A stretch of 64,000 bases of DNA from an uncultured Chloroflexia bacterium (GCA_963700285.1 CAVOXA010000001.1:64001-128000); one strand, 5' to 3'; counted from the stretch's first letter, positions 1-10,959 are shown. The notes: generated by a model not told the origin, from the letters alone. Program-made: numbers and translations.

Positions 1-306
1 GACTTGGCTGGCGAGATCGTCTACGCCGAGATGCCCCGGGTGGGCCGGGAAATCATACAGGGCCAGGCTTTCATGTCCTTGGAATCGGGCAAGTGGGTCG
101 GCCGTGTCAAGGCCATTGTCAGCGGCAAGATCACCGAGGCCAACGAAGAGATCGAGTGGGAGAGCACCGTCATCAACGAGGATCCATATGGGGAAGGCTG
201 GTTTGCCAAGGTGGAGCTTTCCGACCAGCCGGAGGGCCTCATGAAGCCATCTGACCCTGAATTTGCTGCGCTGATCGCTGCTGAACGGGAAAAGTACGGC
301 AAGTAG
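1..306 (+). CDS. gcvH: Glycine cleavage system H protein (5' truncated by window edge)
   Basis: ESGKW lipoyl-Lys region, 'SGKITEANEE', 'INEDPYGEGW' typical of GcvH. Confidence 0.85.
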   Translation, partial: DLAGEIVYAEMPRVGREIIQGQAFMSLESGKWVGRVKAIVSGKITEANEEIEWESTVINEDPYGEGWFAKVELSDQPEGLMKPSDPEFAALIAAEREKYGK

Positions 307-425
307 TTTCCACTGGCCAGATCGGGACTGCTCATGCTGTACTCAATGGAACGCTCCGTGCCAAAGCGTCACCTCGCTGGGACTGGGCGTGTGCTGTGTC
401 AGTTTTGGGGCAGGCTGGCATCTTG

Positions 426-434
426 TGGTATAAT
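426..434 (+). promoter_or_regulatory. Extended -10 promoter element upstream of the FDH operon
   Basis: TGgTATAAT (TATAAT at 429-434). Confidence 0.5.
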
Positions 435-440
435 GGCCAC

Positions 441-672
441 CGAACATAGTTTGTAGGGTACAGTCAGGAAAGTCTTGGGTTTCACCTTTCCTGACAAGCG
501 GCACGTCACGCCTACAATAGGTGGCAGGCAGGGCGGCCTGCCCAGAGGGGTATGGGGCCGCCCACGGCACTGAACTCTGGGGAAAGGGCCCCGGTCATAA
601 AGTCGATTGGGTCTAGCGAGAGTCAGATTGTCTGCCACCGTTCAGCGGCCATCCTCGCAGACCCCTTTTTTT
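441..672 (+). promoter_or_regulatory. Structured 5' leader with attenuator-like terminator (candidate riboswitch)
   Basis: Helices 451-457/511-517, 463-472/486-495, 520-530/629-639, 531-538/556-563; alternative hairpin 609-620/654-664 followed by T7 at 666-672. Confidence 0.5.
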
Positions 673-729
673 GTTGGCGGAAATGCAAGGTGGCTATTCT
701 TTGCCATCAAGTTGATAGGAGAAGCGCAG

Positions 730-1233
730 ATGTGTACGACGGCCAACAAGGCAATTGATCTTGATCTAATGAGTCCGATCTTTGAAAAGTACCGGGAGCA
801 AAAGGGGGCTCTGATCCCCATCCTGCAAAAGTCGCAGGATATCTATGGCTATCTGCCGCCTGAGGCCCTGCAGCTCATCGCCGACCAGCTTGGTGTGGCC
901 TTGGGCAAGGTCTATGGCGTGGCTACCTTTTATTCCCAGTTCTACCTGGAGCCCAGAGGGCGGCACGTGCTCAAACTGTGCGATGGTACGGCCTGCCACG
1001 TCAAAGGCACGCCTTCTCTGGCCACTGCTGTGGAACATGCCTTTGGTATCGGTCCGGGGGAGACATCCGAGGATGGCGAACTCACGATGGAGCTGGTCTA
1101 CTGTGTCGGGTCCTGTGCGCTGGCTCCTGTGACGGTTCTGGACGACCAAGTGATCGGGCGCGCCCAGCCGGCGGCGCTGGTGCGTCGTTTGGAGAAAGAG
1201 ATCGCCAAGGGGAAAGAAGCATCGGACGCCTGA
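730..1233 (+). CDS. NuoE/HydC-like 2Fe-2S subunit of NAD-linked formate dehydrogenase complex
   Basis: LIPILQ..Q..YGYLP, VATFYSQF, CDGTAC and CVGSC 2Fe-2S ligands; ATG 730 after AGGAGA RBS. Confidence 0.9.
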   Translation: MCTTANKAIDLDLMSPIFEKYREQKGALIPILQKSQDIYGYLPPEALQLIADQLGVALGKVYGVATFYSQFYLEPRGRHVLKLCDGTACHVKGTPSLATAVEHAFGIGPGETSEDGELTMELVYCVGSCALAPVTVLDDQVIGRAQPAALVRRLEKEIAKGKEASDA

Positions 1234-1251
1234 GCGGGATAGAAAGGAAAC

Positions 1252-3099
1252 ATGACGATGAAGGTTCCGGAGACAGCGACAGTGCTTGATGTCGCGGACA
1301 GTACAATAGCTCCAATGCCCTGGACAATCTCTGTCTGTATGGGCACAGGCTGCACCTCCTCCGCCAGCACGGAGCTACGCCAGGCGTTAAAGGAGGAGTT
1401 GGGCAATCATGACCTCGAAGGGCAGGTCGAAGTCCGGCGCACCGGCTGCTTTGGTTTCTGCGAACAGGGCCCTATTGTGATCGTCCAGCCCGGCGAGATC
1501 TTTTACTGCAAGGTCAAGCCGGGTGACGCCAAGGCTATCGTGGGAGAGCATATACTGGGCAACCAATTGGTGAACCGGCTCTTGTTTCGTGAGCCGTCAA
1601 GCGGTGCCACCATTGAAAAGTGGCACGACATTGGCTTCTACGGCAAGCAGAAACGCATCCTCCTTGAGAACTGTGGCGTCATCGATCCCGAAAACGTGAA
1701 CCACTACCTGGAGCGCGATGGATACCAGGCGCTCCGCAAGGCACTGACCGGGATGACACCGGAAGAGGTGATTCAAGAGGTTCTTGACTCGGGGATGCGC
1801 GGGCGCGGCGGGGCTGGCTTTCCCGCAGGGCTCAAGTGGCGTTTTGCCCGGCAGACTCAGAGTTGGCCCAAGTATGTCATCTGTAACGCCGATGAAGGCG
1901 ACCCCGGTGCATTCATGGACCGCTCGGTGTTGGAGGGCGATCCGCACTTGGTCATCGAAGGCATGATCATTGCTGGATATGCCATTGGTGCTCAGTACGG
2001 CTACGTCTACTGCCGCGCCGAGTATCCGCTGGCGATCCGCCGGCTCGACCGCGCGCTGGCTCAGGCCCGCGAACTTGGCATGCTAGGCAAGAATGTGCTT
2101 GGATCCGGTTTTGATTTTGACATAATCATAAAGGAGGGGGCCGGGGCCTTTGTGTGCGGCGAAGAAACGGCGCTTATGGCTTCGATTCAGGGGGACCGGG
2201 GGCAGCCCTGGCCGCGACCGCCCTATCCTGCCGTCGCTGGCCTGTGGCGACAACCCAGCAATGTCAACAATGTCAAGACCTATGGCTATACATCACACAT
2301 CATCCGCAAAGGTGCAGAGTGGTTCAAGAGCCTTGGCACCAAGGACAGCCCCGGTACGGCTGTCTTTGCCCTGACCGGTATGGTGAACTGTACTGGCCTG
2401 ATCGAGGTCCCAATGGGGATCACGCTGCGTGAGATCATCTACGATGTGGGTGGCGGCATCCCAGAGGGAAAACGATTCAAAGGCGTTCAGACTGGTGGAC
2501 CTCTGGGTGGTTGTCTGCCTGAAGAATACCTTGATACGCCAGTGGACTTTGATTCGCTGGTTGCTGCCGGCTCGGTCATGGGCTCTGGCGGGATGATCGT
2601 CGCCGACGAGAGTACCTGTATGGTCGAGTTTGCCAAGTACTTTATGCAGTTCGTCTGCGACGAAAGCTGCGGCAAATGCCCACCCTGCCGTACCGGAAGC
2701 CTCCGGATGCTGGAAGTCCTGGAGCGCATCACGGCCGGAGAGGGCAAGCCGGAGGATCTGGACGAGATCCGGCGGTTGGCGGAGGGCCTCGAAAAGGGCT
2801 CTCTGTGCGCACTGGGTCAGTTGGCCCCTGCGCCCGTGATATCTACCTTGCAGCATTTCGAGGACGAATACCGGCAGCATATCGAAGAAGGGCGGTGTCC
2901 GGCCGGCAAATGCAGCGCCTTGATCAGGTTTGAGATCATTGCCGACCTTTGTACCGGCTGTACCGTCTGCGCGCGCAATTGCCCCAGCAATGCCATCAGC
3001 GGTGAGAGGCGCGAACCCCACATCATCGATCAGGCGCTGTGCGTGCAGTGTGGTTTGTGCAAAGTAGTCTGCAAGTTCGACGCCATCGAGGTTTATTGA
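1252..3099 (+). CDS. NuoF/HydB-like FMN/NADH-binding subunit
   Basis: N-terminal thioredoxin-like 2Fe-2S (CMGTGC, CFGFC), RGRGGAGFP, NADEGDPGAFMDR, GAFVCGEET, ESCGKCPPCR, C-terminal 2x[4Fe-4S]. Confidence 0.93.
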   Translation: MTMKVPETATVLDVADSTIAPMPWTISVCMGTGCTSSASTELRQALKEELGNHDLEGQVEVRRTGCFGFCEQGPIVIVQPGEIFYCKVKPGDAKAIVGEHILGNQLVNRLLFREPSSGATIEKWHDIGFYGKQKRILLENCGVIDPENVNHYLERDGYQALRKALTGMTPEEVIQEVLDSGMRGRGGAGFPAGLKWRFARQTQSWPKYVICNADEGDPGAFMDRSVLEGDPHLVIEGMIIAGYAIGAQYGYVYCRAEYPLAIRRLDRALAQARELGMLGKNVLGSGFDFDIIIKEGAGAFVCGEETALMASIQGDRGQPWPRPPYPAVAGLWRQPSNVNNVKTYGYTSHIIRKGAEWFKSLGTKDSPGTAVFALTGMVNCTGLIEVPMGITLREIIYDVGGGIPEGKRFKGVQTGGPLGGCLPEEYLDTPVDFDSLVAAGSVMGSGGMIVADESTCMVEFAKYFMQFVCDESCGKCPPCRTGSLRMLEVLERITAGEGKPEDLDEIRRLAEGLEKGSLCALGQLAPAPVISTLQHFEDEYRQHIEEGRCPAGKCSALIRFEIIADLCTGCTVCARNCPSNAISGERREPHIIDQALCVQCGLCKVVCKFDAIEVY

Positions 3100-3117
3100 T
3101 CGGAGCAGGATAAGCAA

Positions 3118-5927
3118 ATGAACCTAGAACTAACCATCAACGGCAACAAGGTAACGGCTCCCGAGGGCAGTACAATCCTCGAAGCTGCGCGCATGGCGGG
3201 CATTCATATCCCTACTCTATGCCACCATCCTGACCTGAGCAATGTGGGCGCCTGCCGCATGTGCGTCGTCGCGGTAGAGAGAGCGCGGACCCTGCAAACC
3301 GCTTGTACGACACCTATCGCGGCAGGCATGGTGGTCAACACCGAAAGCGAACTAGTACGTGCAACTCGCAAATTTGTCCTGGAGATGCTGCTGACCGACC
3401 ATCCTAACGACTGCATGACCTGCGAGGTGAACGGCGACTGTGAACTGCAGGATCTGGTTTATGACTATGGCCTCCAGTGGCCCGAACACAGCGGTCAGCG
3501 CCACAACTACGAGATCGATTCAGACCCGAATCCTTTTGTGTTCATCGATCGCAACAAATGCATCGTTTGTGGCCGCTGTATCCGGGCCTGTAGCGAGATT
3601 CAAAACCGCGATGTCTGGAACTTTGCCCAACGCGGTTTTGAGACCAAGCTCGTCGCCGGCGCCGACCAGCTCATGCTCGATGCCCGTTGTGAAAGCTGTG
3701 GCCAGTGTGTGGCCTACTGCCCCGTCGGCGCCCTGTACGACAAGATGAGCCTGGGCCTGGGGCGGCCCAACCAGGTCAACAAAGTGCGGACCACCTGCTC
3801 CTACTGCGGTGTGGGCTGCACTTTTGATCTGAACGTGCGCGACGGCAAAGTTGTGCGCGTCACCAGTTCCGAGGATGCGCCGGTCAACGGCATGTCGCTC
3901 TGTGTCAAAGGCCGCTACGGTTACGACTACCTACACCACCCCGACCGCCTGACCCGGCCTCTGGTGCGGGCCAAGTGGTTGGATGGTGCCGAAGAGAGGT
4001 TGGCAAGCGGCGAGTGGCGAATCGTCGACTCCCAATCCACAACCCCCACGCCAGACGATATGGTTGAAACTGACTGGGATACCGCGCTGGACCTGGTAGC
4101 CAACCGCTTCGCCAAGGTCAAGCAGGAACATGGCAGCGATGCCTTTGCCGTGCTGGCTTCGGCCAAGTGCACCAACGAGGAGAACTATCTCTTTAACAAG
4201 TTCACGCGACAGATCCTGGCGACCAATACCATCGACCACTGTGCCCGTCTCTGACACAGCGCTACTGTCACCGGTCTGGTGACAAGCTTTGGCAGCGGTG
4301 CGATGACCAACTCCATCCGCGACATCGTCCAGGAGAGCGAGTGTTTCTTTATCATCGGCAGCAATACCACCGAGCAACATCCCGTCATCGGGACCAAGAT
4401 CCGGCAGGCGGTGCGGTACCGCGGAGCAAAGCTCATCGTGGCCGACCCCCGTCGCATCGACATCGCCGGTTATGCCGATCTGTTTCTGCAGCACAAGCCG
4501 GGTACCGACATTGCCCTGCTCAACGGCCTAATGCACGTCATTCTTCGTGAAGGTTGGCAGGACGAGGCATTTATCGCCGAGCGAACTGAAAATTTCGAGG
4601 CCCTCAAAGCTACCATCCAAGAGTACACCCCTGAGGTGGCCAGCCGGATCTGCGGCGTACCAGCCGAAGAGATCGAGAAGGCGGCCAGGATGCTGGCCGA
4701 AAACCGGCCCGGCTCCCTGCTATACTCGATGGGTATCACCCAGCATACCGATGGCGTGGCCAACGTGATGAGCTGCGCCAACTTGCAGATGCTGCTGGGA
4801 AATATGGGTGTGCCCGGGGGCGGCGTGAATCCTCTGCGCGGCCAAAACAACGTCCAGGGCGCCTGTGATATGGGGGGCTTGCCCAATGTTTACCCCAGCT
4901 ACCAACCGGTGACCTCTCCCCCGTCCAGAAAAAATTCGAGGAAGCCTGGGGCGTGCCCCTGTCGAATCGGGTCGGGCTGACCGTCACCGAGATGCTTCAC
5001 GCTGCCGAGGCAGGAACCGTGCGCTGCCTGTACGTCATCGGCGAGAATCCCATGACCAGTGACCCAGACCTGAATCACGTGCGCCATGCCCTCCAAAAAA
5101 CAGAGTTTCTGGTGTTGCAGGACATCTTTGTAACCGAGACGGGCCCCTTTGCCGACGTGATTCTGCCAGCAGCCAGCTTTGCCGAAAAGAACGGTACCTT
5201 TACCAACACCGAACGGCGCGTGCAGTTGGTGCGCCGGGCCATCGATCCGCCCGGCGAGGCCCGCTCAGATTCCTGGATCGTCACCGAACTGGCCCGGCGC
5301 TTGCTCGAACTCGGGGCGGCAATACCTGACCCGGAGGCGCCCCATGCCGGTTGGGACTATGCCTCCACCACTGACGTGCTGGTCGAGATCAACGCCCTGT
5401 CGCCCATCTATGCCGGCATCACCCCCGAGCGGCTGGCCATGGGCGAACAGCTCCAGTGGCCCGTGCCCAGTGCCGATCACCCCGGCACACCCATTCTGCA
5501 TGTGGGCAGATTCAGCCGCGGGGTGGGCCGCTTTGCCGCGGTGGATTATACGGAACCAGATGAACTGCCCGACGACGAATACCCGCTGATGATGACCACC
5601 GGACGCGTGCTTTATCACTGGCACGGCGGTGAGATGACACGCCGCGCTCGCGGTCTGGAGGAGGTTTATCCGGAGGCGCTAATCGAAATCAATCCCCATG
5701 ATGCCCACAAAGTAGGGATCATGGACGGCAACATGATGAAGGTCACTTCGCGCCGGGGCGAGATCGTGGCCAAAGCCGAGGTGACCGACCGGGTGGAGCC
5801 GGGATTGATCTTCTCCACCTTTCACTTCCCCGACTCGGCGGCCAACTTCCTGACCAACCCGGCCCTGGACCCAGTGGCCAAGATCCCCGAATTCAAGGTC
5901 TGCGCTGTCAAGGTGGAAGCCGTATAG
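3118..5927 (+). CDS. fdhF: Selenocysteine-containing formate dehydrogenase alpha subunit (N-terminal NuoG-like Fe-S module); UGA=Sec at 4252-4254; one frameshift near 4920
   Basis: [21 protein letters not shown] active-site motif, [14 protein letters not shown]-terminal [10 protein letters not shown]; frame change in C-run before [10 protein letters not shown]. Confidence 0.92.
4255..4300 (+). promoter_or_regulatory. Bacterial SECIS element
   Basis: Hairpin TGTCACC-GGTCT-GGTGACA (4266-4284) starting 12 nt after the UGA; GGUCU apex resembles the E. coli fdhF SECIS. Confidence 0.85.
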
Positions 5928-5939
5928 AGGAGGCGTCGA

Positions 5940-6431
5940 ATGGACATCCGCAAGATCTACGAGTACGCGTTGCAGCGTGAGCATGAGGGCAAGCGTTTCT
6001 TTGCCGAAAACGCAGATCGATTGAGCCACGCCGCGGCAGCGGGCGCCTTCAGACAACTGGCGGCCGAGGAGCAAACGCATATCAACTTTATCCAGGCCCA
6101 ACTCGATGCCCTGGATTTGGGCGAACAGCCCAGGATTTCCATGGGCATAGAGCTGGAACAGGATGGATTCTTTTCTCAACGGGCCGAGTCCGAGATGCTC
6201 GATCAGACCGTAGTGGAGGCCATGGTGCCCGATCTGCCTGTGCTCCGCATGGCCTACTTGATCGAGCGTGACTTTGCCGAATTCTACGAAATGGCGGCTG
6301 CCAAGTCCGAAGGCGAGGCGAAAAAAGTTCTGGGAATGTTGGCGACCTGGGAGCGCGGCCACGAAAGGCTATTCAAGGGCCTGCACGACAGGGCATTTGA
6401 GGAATACGCTCAGATGCCGTGGGGGGGCTGA
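5940..6431 (+). CDS. Rubrerythrin/ferritin-like di-iron protein
   Basis: ALQREHEG..F, EEQTH, AYLIE...FY, WERGH ExxH motifs. Confidence 0.8.
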   Translation: MDIRKIYEYALQREHEGKRFFAENADRLSHAAAAGAFRQLAAEEQTHINFIQAQLDALDLGEQPRISMGIELEQDGFFSQRAESEMLDQTVVEAMVPDLPVLRMAYLIERDFAEFYEMAAAKSEGEAKKVLGMLATWERGHERLFKGLHDRAFEEYAQMPWGG

Positions 6432-6646
6432 TCGTCCCCGCGCTGCGCCATGCTTGGTGAGAGCGCGCTACCGGGTCAAGATGCCATTCCACTCCCCAGT
6501 GGCTAGGCATAGAATACCTCGTACCCTACTCGGCCCCTGACTCCAGGGTGCCTGGGTATGGCTGGCAAAGGCATCGGCATCACCCACGTAAGTGCACAAC
6601 TCCGTCTGGCATCAAGAGTGAGGGCTGACCCGGAAAGGGATGGCCC

Positions 6647-8758
6647 TCACTCTGCATCTGGCGAAGGAGCGCCCGCGTTGTTGGGGTCCTGGTCTCCCAC
6701 CAGAAGCTGTTGCACCCTCGGGGCGCACTCGGAATCGACAAAGACCGTTACCCGATCTCCGCCTTTCAGTACCGTATACCCGTGGACCATGTGCAGCCTG
6801 CGGCCACGCCGCACCGAGACGAGTAGGCAATCTTCGGGTAGTCCGAGTTCGCTGATCCGCTGCCCAACGGCGGGCGAGTTGGGAGGAATCCTCATGTGAA
6901 GAAAGCTTGTACCATCCACCTGGCCCAGTCGCATTACCTCGGCCTGGTGTTGGTGGTGGGCGCGCGCGGCGATGGCTTGATCGTAGGCGCGGATGATGTC
7001 GGCGCGACGCACCGCCCCCACCAGTCGCCTGGATCCTTCCTCCTCGACTACGGGCAACCGGCCCACATCGCGACGACCCAACTGGCGCAATGCCTTCCAC
7101 ATTGGCTCGTAGGGATAAGCAACCAAGATGTCACTCTGTGTCGCAATATCGGCCACTGTCTTGCCGGTAGTGGTACCCGCCGCCCTGGCTCGTTCCATGT
7201 CCTGGATGCTAACCACGCCTGCCAGTTCGCCGGCCTCATCCACGACAGGAAAACCGTGATGGTGGGTGCGCGCGAACACGGCGGCCAGTTCGTCCAGCGA
7301 CATGTCCAGCGGGACCGTATCCACCTCGGTGGTCATCGCCTCGCGCACCGTGATCCCCTGCATGACGTCAATGTCCTGACCTTGGCTCAGATGGACCCCT
7401 CGCCGGGTGAGTTTGAGCGTGTAGATCGATTCGCTGCTGATGAGGCGGGAGACTAACGTGCTCATGACCGTGGTGAGCATTAGTGGCAAGATGATGTGAT
7501 AGTCCCCCGTCATTTCAAACAAGATGAGGATGGATGTGATAGGAGCGTGGGCCGTACCCGTAAAGAAGGCGGACATACCTACCAGGGCGTAGGCGCCCGG
7601 AGGGGCCGTGATGGCCGGAAAGAGGGTATGGACCACCACGCCAAAAGCCTCTCCCAGCATGGCTCCCATAAAGAGAGACGGAGCAAAGATACCACCAGAA
7701 CCGCCAGAGCCAAGGGTAATGATCGTGGCAAGGATCTTTGCCAAGAGCAGTACCATGGCCATCTGCAATGCCAATTCGCCAAACAGAGCCTGGGTAACGG
7801 TGGGGTAGCCAACGCCAAAGACCCGAGGAAAACCATCGATCTTGGGGGTGAGGATCCCCACGACTCCCAGAAGCACGCCACCAAGTACAGGCTTAAAGTA
7901 CTCGGGGAAGTGGAGCTTGTCCCAGAGATCCTCGGAGAGGTATAGCAGACGGGTGAATCCCACGGCACCCAGGGCAGCCAGCAGCCCCAGCAGGGTATAG
8001 AAAAGCAGCTCCCAGGGACTGACCAGAACATACTCTGGGGCCACAAAGGCACGTAGGTCGCCTTCAAAGGCGTGGGCGACCACGTCCGCCACCACGGCCG
8101 AGATGACGACCGCCCCAAAATAGGTGGCATGGAACTGGCCCAGGATCACCTCTAGGGCAAAGACAGATCCGGCGATAGGGGCGTTGAACGTGGCTGCGAC
8201 GCCACCTGCCGCGCCGCAGGCCACCAGGTTGCGTACCCGGTCATCCGAAAGACGAAAGAGCTGGCCGACGGCGGAGCCCAGCGCCGACCCGATCTGGGCG
8301 ATAGGGCCTTCCCGCCCAACCGAACCACCGGTACCAATGCAAATGGCTGAAGCCAGCGCCTTGACGACGGCCACGCGGGGCCGGATGCGACCCCCACGCA
8401 GGGCAACGGCCTCCATCACCTCCGGTACACCATGGCCCTTGGCCTCGCGGGCATAGCGATAGATGAGCGGCCCAAAGATCGCGCCGCCCAGGGCCGGGAT
8501 GATGAGAAGATAGAAGGGATAGATCCCCTCCATGGCCCCAGCTAGGCCATCGTAAGCCAGCCTGTGCACGCCCTCGATGAGCCGTCGAAAGACGACTGCG
8601 CCCAGGCCGGCGCCGATGCCCACAATGACGGCTGTAAACAGGATGACGCCTGACTCGGAGAGCCTGCGCTGATCCAGCCAACGCGGCAGGCGTTGCCGCC
8701 ATTGGTACTTGCTGGACCGGCCAGCATGATCATAAAAAGATGAAGAAACAACCGCCAT
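6647..8758 (-). CDS. CLC chloride channel/antiporter with CBS pair and TrkA-C domain
   Basis: GHGVPEV, GSVGREGP, GGIFAP CLC motifs; CBS repeats; C-terminal RCK_C. Confidence 0.92.
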   Translation of the reverse strand: MAVVSSSFYDHAGRSSKYQWRQRLPRWLDQRRLSESGVILFTAVIVGIGAGLGAVVFRRLIEGVHRLAYDGLAGAMEGIYPFYLLIIPALGGAIFGPLIYRYAREAKGHGVPEVMEAVALRGGRIRPRVAVVKALASAICIGTGGSVGREGPIAQIGSALGSAVGQLFRLSDDRVRNLVACGAAGGVAATFNAPIAGSVFALEVILGQFHATYFGAVVISAVVADVVAHAFEGDLRAFVAPEYVLVSPWELLFYTLLGLLAALGAVGFTRLLYLSEDLWDKLHFPEYFKPVLGGVLLGVVGILTPKIDGFPRVFGVGYPTVTQALFGELALQMAMVLLLAKILATIITLGSGGSGGIFAPSLFMGAMLGEAFGVVVHTLFPAITAPPGAYALVGMSAFFTGTAHAPITSILILFEMTGDYHIILPLMLTTVMSTLVSRLISSESIYTLKLTRRGVHLSQGQDIDVMQGITVREAMTTEVDTVPLDMSLDELAAVFARTHHHGFPVVDEAGELAGVVSIQDMERARAAGTTTGKTVADIATQSDILVAYPYEPMWKALRQLGRRDVGRLPVVEEEGSRRLVGAVRRADIIRAYDQAIAARAHHQHQAEVMRLGQVDGTSFLHMRIPPNSPAVGQRISELGLPEDCLLVSVRRGRRLHMVHGYTVLKGGDRVTVFVDSECAPRVQQLLVGDQDPNNAGAPSPDAE

Positions 8759-8902
8759 CGCGATTCCTCCCGCGCGAGAGGCTACTTGTTGTAAGTGTGG
8801 GCCGACGCCCCCGGCAGGTTCCGGCTAGCGCCCACGGCCATGGAGGCGATATCAGGGCTCACAGTGCTCTGGTGGCGGAAGCGCAATCCCTGGCCCGAAG
8901 AC

Positions 8903-8929
8903 AAAAGCCATCCCAAGTGGGATGGCTTT
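8903..8929 (-). terminator. Intrinsic terminator after rplL
   Basis: AAAGCCATCCC-AAGT-GGGATGGCTTT inverted repeat with T-run on the minus strand. Confidence 0.75.
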
Positions 8930-8954
8930 CATTTTGTGCTTCACAGTAGCCCGG

Positions 8955-9344
8955 CTAGACGATTTCGACGACCGCATCCTGCTCTTTGAGAGCATTGGCC
9001 GCTGTTTCAGCCTGTTCCTTCGGTGCGCCCTCCAGGACTTTGGTCGGAGCGCTATCGACCAACTCCTTGGCCTCTTTCAAGCCCAGGTCGCCGCGGAACG
9101 TACGTACAGCCTTGATGACCTGGATCTTTTTGGGGCCGATCTCCTTCAGGATTACGTCGAATTCGGTTTTTTCTTCCTCTTCCTCTGCGGCTTCAGCTGC
9201 GCCCGCTGCCGGCAAGCCAGCCATGGCCATCGGCGCTGCTGCTGAGACGCCCCACCTGTCCTGGAGCATCTTGGACAATTCGGCTGCTTCCAACAACGAT
9301 AGCTCGTCCAGAGCCTCCGCTAGTTTTTCCAGTTTCTCAGACAT
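8955..9344 (-). CDS. rplL: 50S ribosomal protein L7/L12
   Basis: [30 protein letters not shown]. Confidence 0.97.
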   Translation of the reverse strand: MSEKLEKLAEALDELSLLEAAELSKMLQDRWGVSAAAPMAMAGLPAAGAAEAAEEEEEKTEFDVILKEIGPKKIQVIKAVRTFRGDLGLKEAKELVDSAPTKVLEGAPKEQAETAANALKEQDAVVEIV

Positions 9345-9395
9345 TGTGTCTTTTCCTCCCTAGTTTTCTCATATTCGAGTTTGTTGTTTTTGGGG

Positions 9396-9941
9396 CTACG
9401 CCGCGGCTTCCGTCGCGGACTCTGCGCCTTGCTCAGATCGTGCCTGCAAGACCTGTACCAGTTCGCGCAGCGGCGCAGCAATAGTACTTGCGATGCTACC
9501 CATGGGCCCCTGTATGGCCGCAAGCATCTCAGCCAGAAGGACCTCGCGCGGTGGCAGAGCCGCTAGGCTCTGAACCCTGCTGACGTCGAGAAAATCGGTG
9601 CCGAGAATCGCCCCTCTGATTTGCAGTGCACTCGACTTTTTGGCAAAGTCTGTCAGCGCTTTGGCAATGGGCGGAACTTCTTCCTGGCAATAGCCAACGG
9701 CAATTGTACCATTAAGCTGATCAGATGGGACCGGGATTTCGGCTCGCTCCAGGGCCAGCTTAAACAGTGTGTTTTTGACTATTTGAAAGGTGCCCCTGTC
9801 CTCCCGCAACTTGTTGCGCAGTTCCGTGAGTTCTGCAACAGTCAGCCCGCGGTAATCCGCTAGGATGAGTGCCTGGCTGTTGGACATCCTTTCCACATAG
9901 TCTGCCACCATCTGTTTCTTCTTTTCCTTGGTAATGGCCAA
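9396..9941 (-). CDS. rplJ: 50S ribosomal protein L10
   Basis: ADYRGLTVAELTELR, VKNTL, LAALPPREVL; TTG start. Confidence 0.96.
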   Translation of the reverse strand: MAITKEKKKQMVADYVERMSNSQALILADYRGLTVAELTELRNKLREDRGTFQIVKNTLFKLALERAEIPVPSDQLNGTIAVGYCQEEVPPIAKALTDFAKKSSALQIRGAILGTDFLDVSRVQSLAALPPREVLLAEMLAAIQGPMGSIASTIAAPLRELVQVLQARSEQGAESATEAAA

Positions 9942-10023
9942 TCTATCTCACCTCCTTCGTTCTGAACGTTCTCTCAAGAAACCCTTTTTTGATGCCTTGT
10001 TCTGCGCAAGCCCCAGTGGAACC

Positions 10024-10167
10024 AAAAAAGCCCTTGCGCCACCGCTGCAAAGGCTTCTGCCCGAGCGTTTGGGATCGGACTTGCCAAACCCCGCCTTCAA
10101 GGGCTCTTACTTTGCCTCGGCAGGCCTCACCGTTTGAGCGCCAATTGGCGCACCTGCTGTCTTGGGC
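10024..10167 (-). promoter_or_regulatory. L10 leader (autoregulatory RNA) with attenuator terminator
   Basis: Minus strand CCCAAGACAGCAGG...CCTGCCGAGG core (10114-10167), then hairpin AAGCCTTTGC...GCAAGGGCTT-TTTT (10024-10056) upstream of rplJ. Confidence 0.8.
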
Positions 10168-10201
10168 GCGATGCAATTGTCAGAGTACGGGTTCGTAGAG
10201 T

Positions 10202-10915
10202 CTAGGCCGTCTTCATGGCAACCGCCAGCATGGGGTCTACGCGGATACCAGGCCCCATCGTGTTGGTTACCGTCACCTTGCCGATATAAGTACCCTTCGA
10301 AGCGGCAGGACGGGCCTTGACGACGGCTTCCATGACAGTTGCCATGTTCTCCTTGAGGCTGTCCACGGGAAAGCTGGCCCTGCCAATGGGCACGTGGATG
10401 TTGGCTGTCTTGTCAATCCGATACTCCACGCGTCCCTGACGCGCTTCCCGTATCACCCTGTCCAGATCGTCCTCGGAAACGATGGTTCCTGCTTTGGGAC
10501 TGGGCATCAATCCTCGGGGGCCCAAGACCCGGCCCAATCGACCGACTTTACGCATCATAGGTGGCGTGGCAATGGCGATGTCAAAGTCGAACCACCCCTT
10601 TTGTATCTGCTCGATTAGCTCATCACTCCCGACATAGTCGGCGCCGGCATCGCGCGCGATCTTTTCACCTTCACCCTCGGCGAGAACCAGAATCCGGACT
10701 GTCTTGCCAGTACCTTTGGGCAGCAGAACGACCCCCCGCACCTGCTGATCCGCGTGCCTGGGATCAAGACCTGTTCGCAAATGTAATTCAATCGTAGCAT
10801 CGAATTGGCTATAGTTGGTTTTCTTGGCCAGATCCAGCGCATCTTCGGGCGTATATAGACGTCCCGGTTGGACCAGTTTCGCTGCTTCTTGATACTTTTT
10901 CCCTCGTCTTGCCAT
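10202..10915 (-). CDS. rplA: 50S ribosomal protein L1
   Basis: [35 protein letters not shown]. Confidence 0.97.
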   Translation of the reverse strand: MARRGKKYQEAAKLVQPGRLYTPEDALDLAKKTNYSQFDATIELHLRTGLDPRHADQQVRGVVLLPKGTGKTVRILVLAEGEGEKIARDAGADYVGSDELIEQIQKGWFDFDIAIATPPMMRKVGRLGRVLGPRGLMPSPKAGTIVSEDDLDRVIREARQGRVEYRIDKTANIHVPIGRASFPVDSLKENMATVMEAVVKARPAASKGTYIGKVTVTNTMGPGIRVDPMLAVAMKTA

Positions 10916-10928
10916 TTCCATCTCCTCT

Positions 10929-10959
10929 GTGGTGCTGATGGGGGCTTTGCCCCTCCCAC
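10929..10959 (-). promoter_or_regulatory. Putative L1-binding leader hairpin
   Basis: GTGGGAGGGGC-AAA-GCCCCCATCAGCACCAC next to the rplA RBS; resembles L1 mRNA operators. Confidence 0.5.

Noticed and set aside
4252-4254. TGA as a true stop splitting FDH into separate genes
   Set aside because: It lies in the CARL-U-H active-site motif and is followed by a SECIS hairpin, so it is selenocysteine
4915-4935. Programmed ribosomal frameshift in fdhF
   Set aside because: The frame change maps to a C homopolymer before the A-run; similar indels are common in this window, so an error is more likely
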